Shown here: piece by piece, positions 23,623-31,811 of the stretch
Layout: each line of letters begins with the position of its first letter
Numbering within the stretch: position 1 is the first letter of the stretch
Assembly: GCA_023439185.1 (NCBI GenBank)
Contig: JAEXOR010000011.1
Location: forward strand, 233,168 to 265,167
Direction: 5' to 3'
DNA length: 32,000 nt
Source: Bacillota bacterium
GTDB taxonomy: Bacteria; Bacillota; Desulfotomaculia; Desulfotomaculales; Desulfallaceae
Translations under genes and position numbers: made by a program
Notes under the pieces: model-generated
Told to the model about the DNA's origin: nothing
Database searches by the model: none
What the model saw: only the letters and a program-made list of their open reading frames with translations

Positions 23623-24681
23623 GTGGTTTGTTTGAATACGAGGACAAAAACAGCCATCCTGTTTGCCGTGTTGGCGGCAGTATGCTACGGGGTGAGTTTC
23701 CCGCTGTCAAAGATATTATTAAATGAACTCCCGCCTGCGTTTATGGCGGCTTTGCTTTACCTGGGCGCGGGTTTCGGTATGGCTGCGGTCACCTTATCGC
23801 GGAAATTAAAGCATAACGAATTAATGGAAGCGCAGATAACCAAAAAGGAGTTCCCGTATGTTTCGGGCATGATTGCCTTGGATATCGCCGCGCCAATACT
23901 GCTCATGTTCGGGCTTTCCATGACAACACCGGCGAACGCGTCGTTATTGAATAACTTTGAAGTTGCGGCAACGTCGTTAATTGCTATGTTTGTGTTCAAA
24001 GAGGCTATCGGCAAGCGGATGTGGACCGCAATAGCGCTGATAACTGTTTCAACCGTTATTCTGTCCTTTGAAGACATCAGTAGTCTCTCCTTTTCCATCG
24101 GTTCCTTGTTGATTATTCTTGCCTGCCTGTGCTGGGGGCTTGAGAATAACTGCACCAGAATGCTCTCTCTAAAAGACCCGCTGCAAATTGTGGTCATCAA
24201 AGGGCTCGGTTCCGGAGCCGGCTCGTTCATTATCGCCTTGGCCGCCCGGGAGTTGCGCTTCAACGCCTTGTATATCATTTTTGCCCTTGCGCTTGGTTTT
24301 TTCGCGTATGGTTTAAGCATTTACTTTTATATCAGCGCGCAAAGGGAGCTTGGCGCCGCACGTACCAGCGCATATTACGCCATCGCCCCTTTTATCGGCG
24401 TCGGCTTGTCCTTTATTGTTTATAGCCAGCCGATAACAGTCTCTTTTATCGCCGCTTTTGCCATTATGATTTTCGGGGCATATTTCGCAACTGCTGAGAG
24501 GCATACGCATCAACATACTCATGAGACCATTGAGCACGCTCACCGGCATACGCATAGCGACGGACACCATAATCACAAGCACGATTTCCCCGTCAAAGAA
24601 CACAGTCATCTGCATGTACATGAACCTATGGTCCATGTACACTTTCACATGCCGGATACACATCACGCGCATACACATTGA
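23623..24681 (+). CDS. EamA/DMT-superfamily transporter with a His-rich C-terminal tail
   Basis: About 10 TM segments in two EamA-like halves. The last 61 residues contain 23 His (ERHTHQHTHETIEHAHRHTHSDGHHNHKHDFPVKEHSHLHVHEPMVHVHFHMPDTHHAHTH). The start may be TTG 23632 (GGGAG 8 nt upstream) rather than GTG 23623. Confidence 0.8.
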   Translation: MVCLNTRTKTAILFAVLAAVCYGVSFPLSKILLNELPPAFMAALLYLGAGFGMAAVTLSRKLKHNELMEAQITKKEFPYVSGMIALDIAAPILLMFGLSMTTPANASLLNNFEVAATSLIAMFVFKEAIGKRMWTAIALITVSTVILSFEDISSLSFSIGSLLIILACLCWGLENNCTRMLSLKDPLQIVVIKGLGSGAGSFIIALAARELRFNALYIIFALALGFFAYGLSIYFYISAQRELGAARTSAYYAIAPFIGVGLSFIVYSQPITVSFIAAFAIMIFGAYFATAERHTHQHTHETIEHAHRHTHSDGHHNHKHDFPVKEHSHLHVHEPMVHVHFHMPDTHHAHTH

Positions 24682-24697
24682 TGACCCTACCCTGATT

Positions 24698-24753
24698 TGA
24701 TGGACACGTTAAATGGCTGGTTCAATAAAACCAGCCATTTAACGTGTCCATCA
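24698..24753. repeat. Perfect 25-bp-arm inverted repeat (hairpin) between the DMT gene and the IS3 remnant
   Basis: TGATGGACACGTTAAATGGCTGGTT caataa AACCAGCCATTTAACGTGTCCATCA. It begins 17 nt after the DMT stop, and its last base is the first base of the OrfA-remnant ATG. The outer ends are 5'-TG...CA-3'. Confidence 0.9.
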
Positions 24754-24957
24754 TGAAACAATACGACAAACAATTTAAAGAACAAGCCATAAAACCGGTC
24801 CTGGAACTGGAGCGTCCGGTGAAGCCGGTGGCCGATGAACCGGGGCATCCACGAAACACTATGTACAATGGCTCAGCCAATACAAAAAGCATCACGAACA
24901 CGCATTTCCCGGCAACAGCAAACTACGTCCCTATGACGCCGCTCTGGAACGTGTTCC
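24753..24957 (+). pseudogene. IS3-family transposase OrfA (HTH) remnant, frameshifted and 3'-truncated
   Basis: MKQYDKQFKEQAIKPVLELERPVKPVADEPGHPRNTMYN continues, after a 1-nt frame change at about 24869 (AATGG where AATTGG would be expected), as WLSQYKKHHEHAFPGNSKLRPYDAALERV. This is the typical IS3 OrfA N-terminal pattern (..Y...FK..AV.L.......V...LGI...TLYNW...Y......AFPG.G.L). Similarity ends at the orphan CRISPR repeat, and there is no OrfB. Confidence 0.7.
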
Positions 24958-24994
24958 TTTTCAATTCCCCAAAGGGAATTATTTTTGTTTTGAA
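24958..24994 (-). CRISPR. Orphan CRISPR repeat (3 mismatches to the array consensus) attached to the second leader copy
   Basis: TTTTCAATTCCCCAAAGGGAATTATTTTTGTTTTGAA versus the consensus GTTTCAATTCCCCAAGGGGAATTATTTTTGTTTTGAC. Confidence 0.85.
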
Positions 24995-25234
24995 AGCGGG
25001 GATGTTCAAACCTTGTGCAACAAGGGCTCTCGAAGTGGCTTTTGAGCAACTTCGAGAAATTGCCGCATTTTGATAAATGCCAGGATTTTATCAAGCAACG
25101 CTAACTATATCATCTAGCATTTACCACCTCTACAGTTCGCCATCCACAAGGCTTTCCTGCATATTAACTTTAAAAAATACTTTTCGAGCATCTCCCGGGT
25201 TTTCTGCACACCAAAAGTGCTCGATGTCTGAAAA
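24995..25234 (-). repeat. Second copy of the CRISPR leader (duplicate of 27788-28029)
   Basis: By manual alignment there are about 25 differences over ~240 nt, with a 49-nt identical core (25091-25139 = 27884-27932). It has the same orientation and the same junction to a repeat. Confidence 0.85.
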
Positions 25235-25258
25235 CTTTACCATTGATGACCTTTGTTA

Positions 25259-25534
25259 TTAAATTATATAGATACCGTCACCAAAGGGATCAAACCCGCC
25301 CAACCGTTCAACTTTCCCGGTGCAAAGCTTGCATTGGCGGTAAAAAATTACACTATCCAGATTCCTCTTAATTATTTTCTCCAGCTTACATTTTAATATC
25401 AGGTAATCTTCCCTGCGCAAACGGCACTCAAAAACACTATATTGCACCCGCACCCCATAGTCTTTAAGAATTTTATGAACCAGATTTCTGCGAAGGTCAT
25501 CGCTGATGTCGTACGTGATTACTATATTTTCCAT
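25259..25534 (-). CDS. cas2: Cas2
   Basis: 91 aa. I.TYDIS.D..R..V.K.L..YG.RVQYSVFEC.L is the classic Cas2 N-terminal beta-alpha-beta pattern. The start overlaps the cas4-cas1 stop by 1 nt. Confidence 0.9.
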   Translation of the reverse strand: MENIVITYDISDDLRRNLVHKILKDYGVRVQYSVFECRLRREDYLILKCKLEKIIKRNLDSVIFYRQCKLCTGKVERLGGFDPFGDGIYII

Positions 25535-27168
25535 TAACGCACCATAACAGATATATACTTATCCAACTCACCCTGCAATACTTTCCCCCAAAAACGGGCC
25601 TGCAGCTCAAAGATACGGAGGTAAGAAAGCCGGTAATCAAATACAGGGTGTGTTATTTCCTGCCGCCTTCGTTCTTCATAACACTTATAGAATTTTTTAC
25701 GTCCCTGGTCTTTTAAGAAACAACCGCCCAAACCATATGAAAAATCTTCTTTCCCTATACTCCCGCGATTTATGGCTGAAAGCACCGCGGAATCAGCCAC
25801 CACCGGACGGAACTCTTCCATAAGATCCAGTGCCAGAGCGGGCCTCCCATAAACTGGTTGATGCAAAAACCCTATGTACGGATCAAGTCCGGTTACCTGA
25901 ATTGCTGAATGCATATCCTTGGCAAGTAATGTATAGGCAAAGCTTAACAACGCATTGACCGGATCTCTGGGCGGCCTGCGGTTGCGGTGGTTAAATTGAA
26001 AATTACATTCAGTTTTGAGCAGCATTGAGAAAGCGCGAAAATACTCTCTGGCGGCCATCCCCTCAACGCCGAGCAATTGCTCCAAGCTACCGGCATTGTT
26101 TGCCGCCACAATGCTCAGTCCAATACTGCGTATGGATGATTCTATTAATTTGACCTGTAATTTGCGGTTGTAACGTAAAAGTAAAGCACGCATGTTGGAT
26201 AGTTTTCCGGTCACAAAACATCTGGCCAAAGCAATGCGCTTATCTTGATCAAAGTAACAATTGAATTGCGCCAGACGAACAAGACAGTTACGGGATGCCG
26301 GCGGCTGCACAATGCCCCGGTAATTTCCGTTAATCGTCAGGTAAACCACATCAATGCCGTAGTCCAGCAGGGTTTTCATGGCCGGGGTTGATAGGTTTAC
26401 GCCGCCTACCAGCACCACCTGATCTATGTTGCATAAAGGTAATTCAGTCAACACCCGGTCTTCCTTTTCCACTACCAGGCGCAAACCCTTCTTTTTTACT
26501 CTGGAACCCGGTTCATCCACATATAGAATCCGGCCCAGGTTTATCGCGGGCACGGGGCGTGAAGGCTTTTTCCCGCTGCCTTGTAAAAAGTTTGTTTCCA
26601 TAGGCAGGCAACGTGATTCAAGAGCACAACCGTTACAGCGACCATCCGCTGCCGGTGGCGGTATAATGCCGGATTCAATAATATCCAGCGCTTTTCTAAC
26701 TGTATTCTCGACAAGTACCCGCAAGTCTTCCTGAAAGTAAACTTCCCGGCGGCTACGTGAGCCCGCATAGTAAATGTATCCTTTTTCACTGCAACAACTT
26801 AATTTTTCTTCCAGCATCATAGCCTGAGCGCAAAGCTGCACGTCATCGCTCAAGCTTTCTTTCATGGTGCCTTTTTTATATTCCACAGGGTAATAATAAC
26901 CGTCCCGTTCTTCAAGACAATCAACAACACCTATAAGCTTGAGGTGCTCCGAAGTTATTTCTATGGAACGCGCTTGTTTAATTGAATCCCTTGTGACGCT
27001 TCCGCGGCGCTCCCGTTTTTCTTCCTGGAGTCTACCTTCAAGCAGATGGGCATTGCTGTCTTCGGCTCCTTCAATAACCCGGTAATAAAAATTTCGCGGA
27101 CAATATAGAATTTCCGCAACAGCAGAAACAGGGAGGTATATTGGTTCTTTTTGCGACTCTGCTTCCAT
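25534..27168 (-). CDS. cas1: Cas4-Cas1 fusion protein
   Basis: The N-terminal Cas4 domain has YCPRNFYY (first Cys), the RecB-type D..E.K motif (VDCLEE...PVEYKKG) and the C-terminal Cys triad CNGCALESRC. A full Cas1 follows (LYVDEPGSRVKKKG..L.V, ...NALLSFAYTLL..., EEFRPVVADSAVL). Confidence 0.9.
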   Translation of the reverse strand: MEAESQKEPIYLPVSAVAEILYCPRNFYYRVIEGAEDSNAHLLEGRLQEEKRERRGSVTRDSIKQARSIEITSEHLKLIGVVDCLEERDGYYYPVEYKKGTMKESLSDDVQLCAQAMMLEEKLSCCSEKGYIYYAGSRSRREVYFQEDLRVLVENTVRKALDIIESGIIPPPAADGRCNGCALESRCLPMETNFLQGSGKKPSRPVPAINLGRILYVDEPGSRVKKKGLRLVVEKEDRVLTELPLCNIDQVVLVGGVNLSTPAMKTLLDYGIDVVYLTINGNYRGIVQPPASRNCLVRLAQFNCYFDQDKRIALARCFVTGKLSNMRALLLRYNRKLQVKLIESSIRSIGLSIVAANNAGSLEQLLGVEGMAAREYFRAFSMLLKTECNFQFNHRNRRPPRDPVNALLSFAYTLLAKDMHSAIQVTGLDPYIGFLHQPVYGRPALALDLMEEFRPVVADSAVLSAINRGSIGKEDFSYGLGGCFLKDQGRKKFYKCYEERRRQEITHPVFDYRLSYLRIFELQARFWGKVLQGELDKYISVMVR

Positions 27169-27287
27169 GGTTATCCTCCTTTTCTTTTACTGGGAAGAAT
27201 AACCATTGGGCCAATGGTGTATACCTTTTTCTTTTTTAATCGACCTATTATATAAAATGCCGCCCTATATTAAGGAAGCCTCTCGAA

Positions 27288-27787
27288 AACGCAATTCCCA
27301 AAAGGAAATTATTTTTGTTTTGCCATGCAATTCCACAGCACAAGGAACAAACGTCTGCCGGAAGTATTTCAATTCCTCAAGGGGAATTATTTTTGTTTTG
27401 ACATAGCCAAGAAACTCACACCTGGCACGCGTGTCATGGTACAGTTTCAATTCCCCAAGGGGAATTATTTTTGTTTTGACAGGTAGGTAAGCGTAAGTGG
27501 ACTGACCCAAAGAAATATCCGTTTCAATTCCCCAAGGGGAATTATTTTTGTTTTGACTGTCGGGAGCGTTGTTGGCCACCTCTATTCCATGATGGAGTTT
27601 CAATTCCCCAAGGGGAATTATTTTTGTTTTGACTTCGATTAAAAAGAATGTCCAGAGGCTCCATATTATTGTTTCAATTCCCCAAGGGGAATTATTTTTG
27701 TTTTGACGTGTGGTAAAAACTGCCGTTGCTGCCGTGAAGAGATATGCGGTGTTTCAATTCCCCAAGGGGAATTATTTTTGTTTTGAC
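27288..27787 (-). CRISPR. CRISPR array: 7 repeats of 37 nt and 6 spacers (41, 41, 40, 39, 37, 43 nt)
   Basis: Repeats are at 27288, 27366, 27444, 27521, 27597, 27671 and 27751. Five are identical (GTTTCAATTCCCCAAGGGGAATTATTTTTGTTTTGAC on the + strand). The repeat at 27366 has 2 mismatches and the one at 27288 is strongly degenerate. On the minus strand the repeat is GTCAAAACAAAAATAATTCCCCTTGGGGAATTGAAAC. Its 3' end is ATTGAAAC, a typical 8-nt crRNA handle, and it contains a 7-bp stem AATTCCC/GGGAATT. Together with the degenerate repeat lying distal to the leader, this sets transcription on the minus strand. Confidence 0.95.
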
Positions 27788-28029
27788 AGCGGGGATGTTC
27801 AAGCCTTGTGCAACAAGGGCTCCCAAAGCAGTTTTCGAGCACCTTCGACAAATTGCTATATTTTTACAAATAACAGGATTTGGTCAAGCAACGCTAACTA
27901 TATCATCTAGCATTTACCACCTCTACAGTTCGTCATCCACAAGGCTTTCCCTGTATATTAACTTTCAAAAATACTCTTCGAGCATCTCCCGGGTTTTTTG
28001 CACACCAAAAGTGCTCGATGTCTGACAAT
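27788..28029 (-). promoter_or_regulatory. CRISPR leader with a candidate extended -10 promoter
   Basis: Non-coding and AT-rich, it abuts the intact first repeat at 27751-27787. It contains the palindrome CCTTGTgcaACAAGG next to the repeat. On the minus strand there is a TGaTATAGT element (27905-27897) inside the 49-nt core conserved in both leader copies. Confidence 0.7.
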
Positions 28030-28078
28030 TTTAAAAACCTCTTGCCTTGATCCAAGTTTGGTTTCTGATTACAGCGAC

Positions 28079-29728
28079 TTATTCAACAATCACGCATTCA
28101 CCTATAACATAGGGGTTTTCATGCTGCTCATTAATTGAGCGCCTATCAATCATAGCCACAGTTATAGTATCCAGACGGTTATCCATATGTGCCTGACATA
28201 CGTAAGTAACAAAGTACTGCAAAAGTGTAGTGCCTCCGGTAAGGTTAACGTATAAATGATGAAACGGCAGTCCTTCAATATATTCTTTGGCCTGATTGAA
28301 TATCCGGGATAATTCATTAAACCCGCTAAATGGGTCACCCACCTCTACTACACAAACTTCCCCGGTATACCCGGCTTTATTTAATATTGTGTCTAAATAG
28401 TTCTTTTTTACTTCATCTGAGGTTATAACAAGCAACTGATCCGGTTTTACATGGTGCAGGGCGGTATACAATAACCCAGGTGATTTACCTAGCGGGGTTA
28501 TCATAGTTATGGTTGAGCCGGTCTGTTGCAGGTCTGTCACAGGCACAGACAAGCCCTTTTCTTTATTAAAGATTTCTTTTAATATGGCAAAACACTCCAG
28601 CGTTTCGCTCATAACTTTGTGAGACGACCTGACGCTTTCTTTACTCCACCCTGTGTGAATCACATCATTACGTAGCCCACTTAATTGTGACCATAATTTT
28701 CCTATAGTTGTATCTCGATCAGACTTGAGTTTATGCGCTATGGTTTCCCGTATATCCCGTTGAAAAACACCGATACACTGGTCATTACTACTTATAACAT
28801 AAGAAATTATCAATTCACGCATCATCGATAAGGCCTGAGGGGCATAGTTATGTTCTACGTACCAGCGGACCATATCCAAATGACTGACTAAATTTAGAGG
28901 ATCGGACTTATCGTTAGTTTCAGAAAAAGCGGAAAACTTACTAATTATGTTTTCAATCAAGAGGCCAAAAGGAACCGCCCACTCTCTGACGTCCCTGTCC
29001 AGCAGTTCACGTTGTTCTGAATAACCGGTGTAATATTTTAATTTACCGGTTTCTGCTATTACCTCAAATGGCCGATTGGTAAATAGGGCCCGGGAAACAT
29101 TTTCAATAATAGTACCAAACCTGTTAAGCTCTCTTCGCGCCGGACCTTGCTCTTCTTTGGCTTTCCGCTGGGCATCTGCCAGAAGGGCGCTTATTTCCTG
29201 AGCACTGCCGTGTTTAACAAAAGAATTAACACCAATAATCCAATCCAACAGCGAACAAAAACCGGTTAAATCAAATACCGGACTTTCATTTTGGTCATTT
29301 TTGGCTTCATATGCCCCGTAATACAATGCCTTGATATTAACGTTTTTAACAAATTTTAGATAAGCAATACTTAAAAAACTAATCAGCGGTAGTGAACGGA
29401 AGCTATATGTTATATCAAACACCATGCTGTCGCCTTCGTCAATCTCGCGTACCAGAATGTTAAAAATATCCCATAGCTCAATAGTGCTTTTACCGTCCGG
29501 TATATCAACGGGGATTGGCTCAGTGTGATTCCGGTTAATTAATTCTTCCCTTAAGCTGTTCCAATGCTTGGCTGTTGCTTCCTTTGTTTTAACTACCATT
29601 ATTTTCTTGGGTCTGGTCAACTCTGCGGCCATAACCGGAAAGTAACGGGTATGCACTTTTTTTTCGCCGAGTACATAATAAGTTTCCTTATAATCATTTA
29701 TTCCAATAAAGGTTACAAGTTTGGGCAT
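28079..29728 (-). CDS. CRISPR ancillary protein: Csx1/Csx2 (TM1812, DxTHG-family) CARF-like N-domain, HEPN motif and an additional C-terminal CARF domain
   Basis: The N-terminus MPKLVTFIGINDYKETYY...ELWDIF...VFDITYSFRSLP matches the TM1812/DxTHG family, with the motif degenerated (DITYSFRS where DxTHGFRS is expected). R-N-D-V-I-H (aa 353-358, nt 28655-28672) fits the HEPN Rx4H motif. Residues ~405-549 (ITPLGKSPGLLYTAL...PDQLLVITSDE...VNLTGGTTLLQY) match a classic CARF Rossmann-like pattern. Confidence 0.75.
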   Translation of the reverse strand: MPKLVTFIGINDYKETYYVLGEKKVHTRYFPVMAAELTRPKKIMVVKTKEATAKHWNSLREELINRNHTEPIPVDIPDGKSTIELWDIFNILVREIDEGDSMVFDITYSFRSLPLISFLSIAYLKFVKNVNIKALYYGAYEAKNDQNESPVFDLTGFCSLLDWIIGVNSFVKHGSAQEISALLADAQRKAKEEQGPARRELNRFGTIIENVSRALFTNRPFEVIAETGKLKYYTGYSEQRELLDRDVREWAVPFGLLIENIISKFSAFSETNDKSDPLNLVSHLDMVRWYVEHNYAPQALSMMRELIISYVISSNDQCIGVFQRDIRETIAHKLKSDRDTTIGKLWSQLSGLRNDVIHTGWSKESVRSSHKVMSETLECFAILKEIFNKEKGLSVPVTDLQQTGSTITMITPLGKSPGLLYTALHHVKPDQLLVITSDEVKKNYLDTILNKAGYTGEVCVVEVGDPFSGFNELSRIFNQAKEYIEGLPFHHLYVNLTGGTTLLQYFVTYVCQAHMDNRLDTITVAMIDRRSINEQHENPYVIGECVIVE

Positions 29729-29785
29729 AATGTCATCCTTTCATGGAACACAAAAATAGCGGCATGCGCTTATATTGGTCGGGAC

Positions 29786-30601
29786 TTATCTGATCAATAA
29801 CCTGCTTTGCCCCATACCCATTGTGGTTTTGTAGCCTATGCCAGCGTAAAATGCAAACTCCGCCAGCATATGCGCTGCTCGGGCCATGATATCTTCATTA
29901 TGATGCTTGATGCCGTAACCGCATTGGCCAACAAAACCAACCTGTTTATAGTGGCTGAAATGCATTATTTTAGTGATTATTCTGCAATCACTCGGGAAAA
30001 GGTTTTCGGCAATGAAACATAAAAAGTTATCCCCCAGATGCACGGGTGAATAATAATTCCACTTTTGCAGCAAGTTGGCGAATACTTTATGCGGGTCCGG
30101 CAGGGGATAGTTCATGCCCTGGCTTCTGAATGTCGTAGGCGAGTAAAATTGCAGGCTGAGCTTGTTCCTGATGTTTTCCTCCGACACGTAATAATCATAA
30201 ATATCCGTAAAGGAGGAACTGTCGGCCCAGGGATGGCGCTTTTGATCAAAGGTAAAACCGCAGACCCGCATTTCAGTTCCGGCCAGATTTATATCATACG
30301 GCAATGCCGGCGCCCAAATGTTTTGCATCCAAAGCGAAAGGGCGGACGACAAGGAGGTTACTCTAAAAGAGTACTCTTCACCGGGGAACAGCCTCCAGCG
30401 GTTTTCCTCAAAGGCTGTTTTTCCCCAAAGGGGCGATATGGTAAATGGCTTTAGGGAAGCCGGCTTGTGCAATTCATCCGCCAGCGCGGGATCCAAATCC
30501 CGTACCTTATCCAGGAAAAAAGCATGCAGCACCTGACCCAAAGCGGGAGGAACCAATACCTCTTGCTTTACTTGTAGAAATATGACACAACTGGCCAGCA
30601 A
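29786..30601 (-). CDS. cas6: Cas6 crRNA endoribonuclease
   Basis: LKPFTISPL motif and the C-terminal glycine-rich loop GIGYKTTMGMGQ (GxGx5GxG). The preferred start is TTG 30601 after GGAGGA, right behind the csm5 stop; the 295-aa track ORF is an upstream extension overlapping csm5. Confidence 0.85.
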   Translation of the reverse strand: MLASCVIFLQVKQEVLVPPALGQVLHAFFLDKVRDLDPALADELHKPASLKPFTISPLWGKTAFEENRWRLFPGEEYSFRVTSLSSALSLWMQNIWAPALPYDINLAGTEMRVCGFTFDQKRHPWADSSSFTDIYDYYVSEENIRNKLSLQFYSPTTFRSQGMNYPLPDPHKVFANLLQKWNYYSPVHLGDNFLCFIAENLFPSDCRIITKIMHFSHYKQVGFVGQCGYGIKHHNEDIMARAAHMLAEFAFYAGIGYKTTMGMGQSRLLIR

Positions 30602-30620
30602 TAGAAATTCCTCCGGTTTT

Positions 30621-31811
30621 TTAATTGATATAAAGATCTGTCCACCCCAAGGGCCAGCGGGGAACATCTCCATCCATCACTGCCCGGCGCGATTTGGGGA
30701 AAACAAATTGGCCCCGGGGTTCGAAAAGGGCATCCCTGACCGAACGCCGCAGCTCAGGAGGCAGCAGCATCAGCAAACTGGTTCCGGATAAACCCGCCCC
30801 CCAACCCATACGCATTCCGGCAGCTTTTTGATCATAGAAATTTCTCATTTCCATTGCGCCGGGTCCGGAAACCGCGGCCCAGTATTCCCTTTCAAAACGC
30901 CAAATATCATGCGCAAAACTATGCACCAAATTAAATAGTTCTTCCAGGGTATTAAAGGGCAGTATTCCTTTGGTCTGTTGAGAAAAGTCTCGCATAATAT
31001 TTTCATCCAAAGTAACGCTGAACTGCAACTCGGCGCCGGGTAAGATTATTTCCACATAAATGGGAGTTTTCAAGTAGATATCCCGCTCTCCGGTAAGACT
31101 TAGAACTTGCACTTCCACGAGGGGCAGAGCGTCTTTATCCATCGGCGTGGTGTCGGAAACCTTCAATACCCGCATATAGTCTTTTTGCTGACCGGTGGCT
31201 CCTCGTTTTGCATAACCACCCGGTACCGGCAAGTCAAAATGCTGCAGCAGTTCCGTTTCAATTTTATTGGCCATGCTGCTTTTGACTTTGTCTTTAAACC
31301 ATGGTTTTGAGCGCAGCCTGTCGTCAGTATTGTTGAATTCCCGGAGTTTCTGCTCAATTGAATTAACAAAATACTGTTGAAAGTCCCGTGGGCTTTCCGC
31401 CTGCATCCTTTTTAAAAGGTTATATAATACAGCGGTTCTAATGGCGCCTTTAATAGATGAACCGGGGATGAAGGGACAACCGAAAACATCCCGCATAAAT
31501 GGCCGCATCCGCAGCGGGGTACGGCTTAACCTTGTATTACAATGGTAATCCGAGCTTTGCCGCAAAAAGCGTTCATTCAGTAATTGCCGGGAGCGCAAAA
31601 ATTCCTCCAGGTTGAAACGGCGGCCCTGCCGGCCTATCTCCAGAGACAGCTCATCCAGCTTGTTTTTATCCAACATGGCACGCCCCAGCTTGGCCTCGCC
31701 TACCACATAACAACGCCCGTTGAAAACCATCTGCTCCAGAGGGGTGAGTGCCTGGGTTTTACCGCCTATATGTACCGGACTGATTGTTTTTAGCACTATT
31801 CTTTCCCGCAT
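30621..31811 (-). CDS. csm5: Type III RAMP protein, Csm5-like
   Basis: LKTISPVHIGG near the N-terminus, the RAMP motif PFIPGSSIKGAIRTAV and the C-terminal G-rich loop RMGWGAGLSG. The preferred start is ATG 31811 after GGAGGTGA, overlapping the upstream stop as TAATG; the 420-aa track ORF is an extension. Confidence 0.75.
   Translation of the reverse strand: MRERIVLKTISPVHIGGKTQALTPLEQMVFNGRCYVVGEAKLGRAMLDKNKLDELSLEIGRQGRRFNLEEFLRSRQLLNERFLRQSSDYHCNTRLSRTPLRMRPFMRDVFGCPFIPGSSIKGAIRTAVLYNLLKRMQAESPRDFQQYFVNSIEQKLREFNNTDDRLRSKPWFKDKVKSSMANKIETELLQHFDLPVPGGYAKRGATGQQKDYMRVLKVSDTTPMDKDALPLVEVQVLSLTGERDIYLKTPIYVEIILPGAELQFSVTLDENIMRDFSQQTKGILPFNTLEELFNLVHSFAHDIWRFEREYWAAVSGPGAMEMRNFYDQKAAGMRMGWGAGLSGTSLLMLLPPELRRSVRDALFEPRGQFVFPKSRRAVMDGDVPRWPLGWTDLYIN

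Noticed and set aside
23560-23635. A possible metal riboswitch in front of the His-tailed DMT transporter (small hairpin AGCGGTgtaaaACCGCT).
   Set aside because: The distance from the best -10 (TGATATAAT at about 23575-23583) to the start codon is only about 40-50 nt. That is too short for known metal riboswitch classes, and the 6-bp hairpin alone is not diagnostic.
24744-25262. The 109-aa ORF (24744-25073 +) and the 61-aa/73-aa ORFs over the second leader copy, considered as real genes.
   Set aside because: The 109-aa ORF is a chimera reading through the IS3 OrfA remnant, the orphan repeat and the leader. The others lie in sequence that is duplicated as non-coding leader at 27788-28029.
27203-27217. 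The palindrome CCATTGGgCCAATGG in the cas4-cas1 5' region, and TATACTAGTATA (22455-22466) upstream of the second medium subunit.
   Set aside because: Both are short and, for the second, in AT-rich sequence. I cannot distinguish them from chance without conservation data, so they are recorded only as possible operator sites.
27325-27750. Self-targeting of the six spacers against the rest of this window.
   Set aside because: I found no convincing match by eye to any other part of the 32 kb. This cannot be excluded for the rest of the genome and needs a BLAST of the spacers.
27206-28025. Track ORFs across the CRISPR array and leader (27206-27406 +, 27265-27603 -, 27666-27851 -, 27710-27910 +, 27744-28025 +).
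   Set aside because: Their peptides repeat motifs such as KTKIIPLGELK / PKGNYFCF at the repeat period, so they are translations of the 37-nt repeats. None has an RBS. The region is explained by the array and leader.
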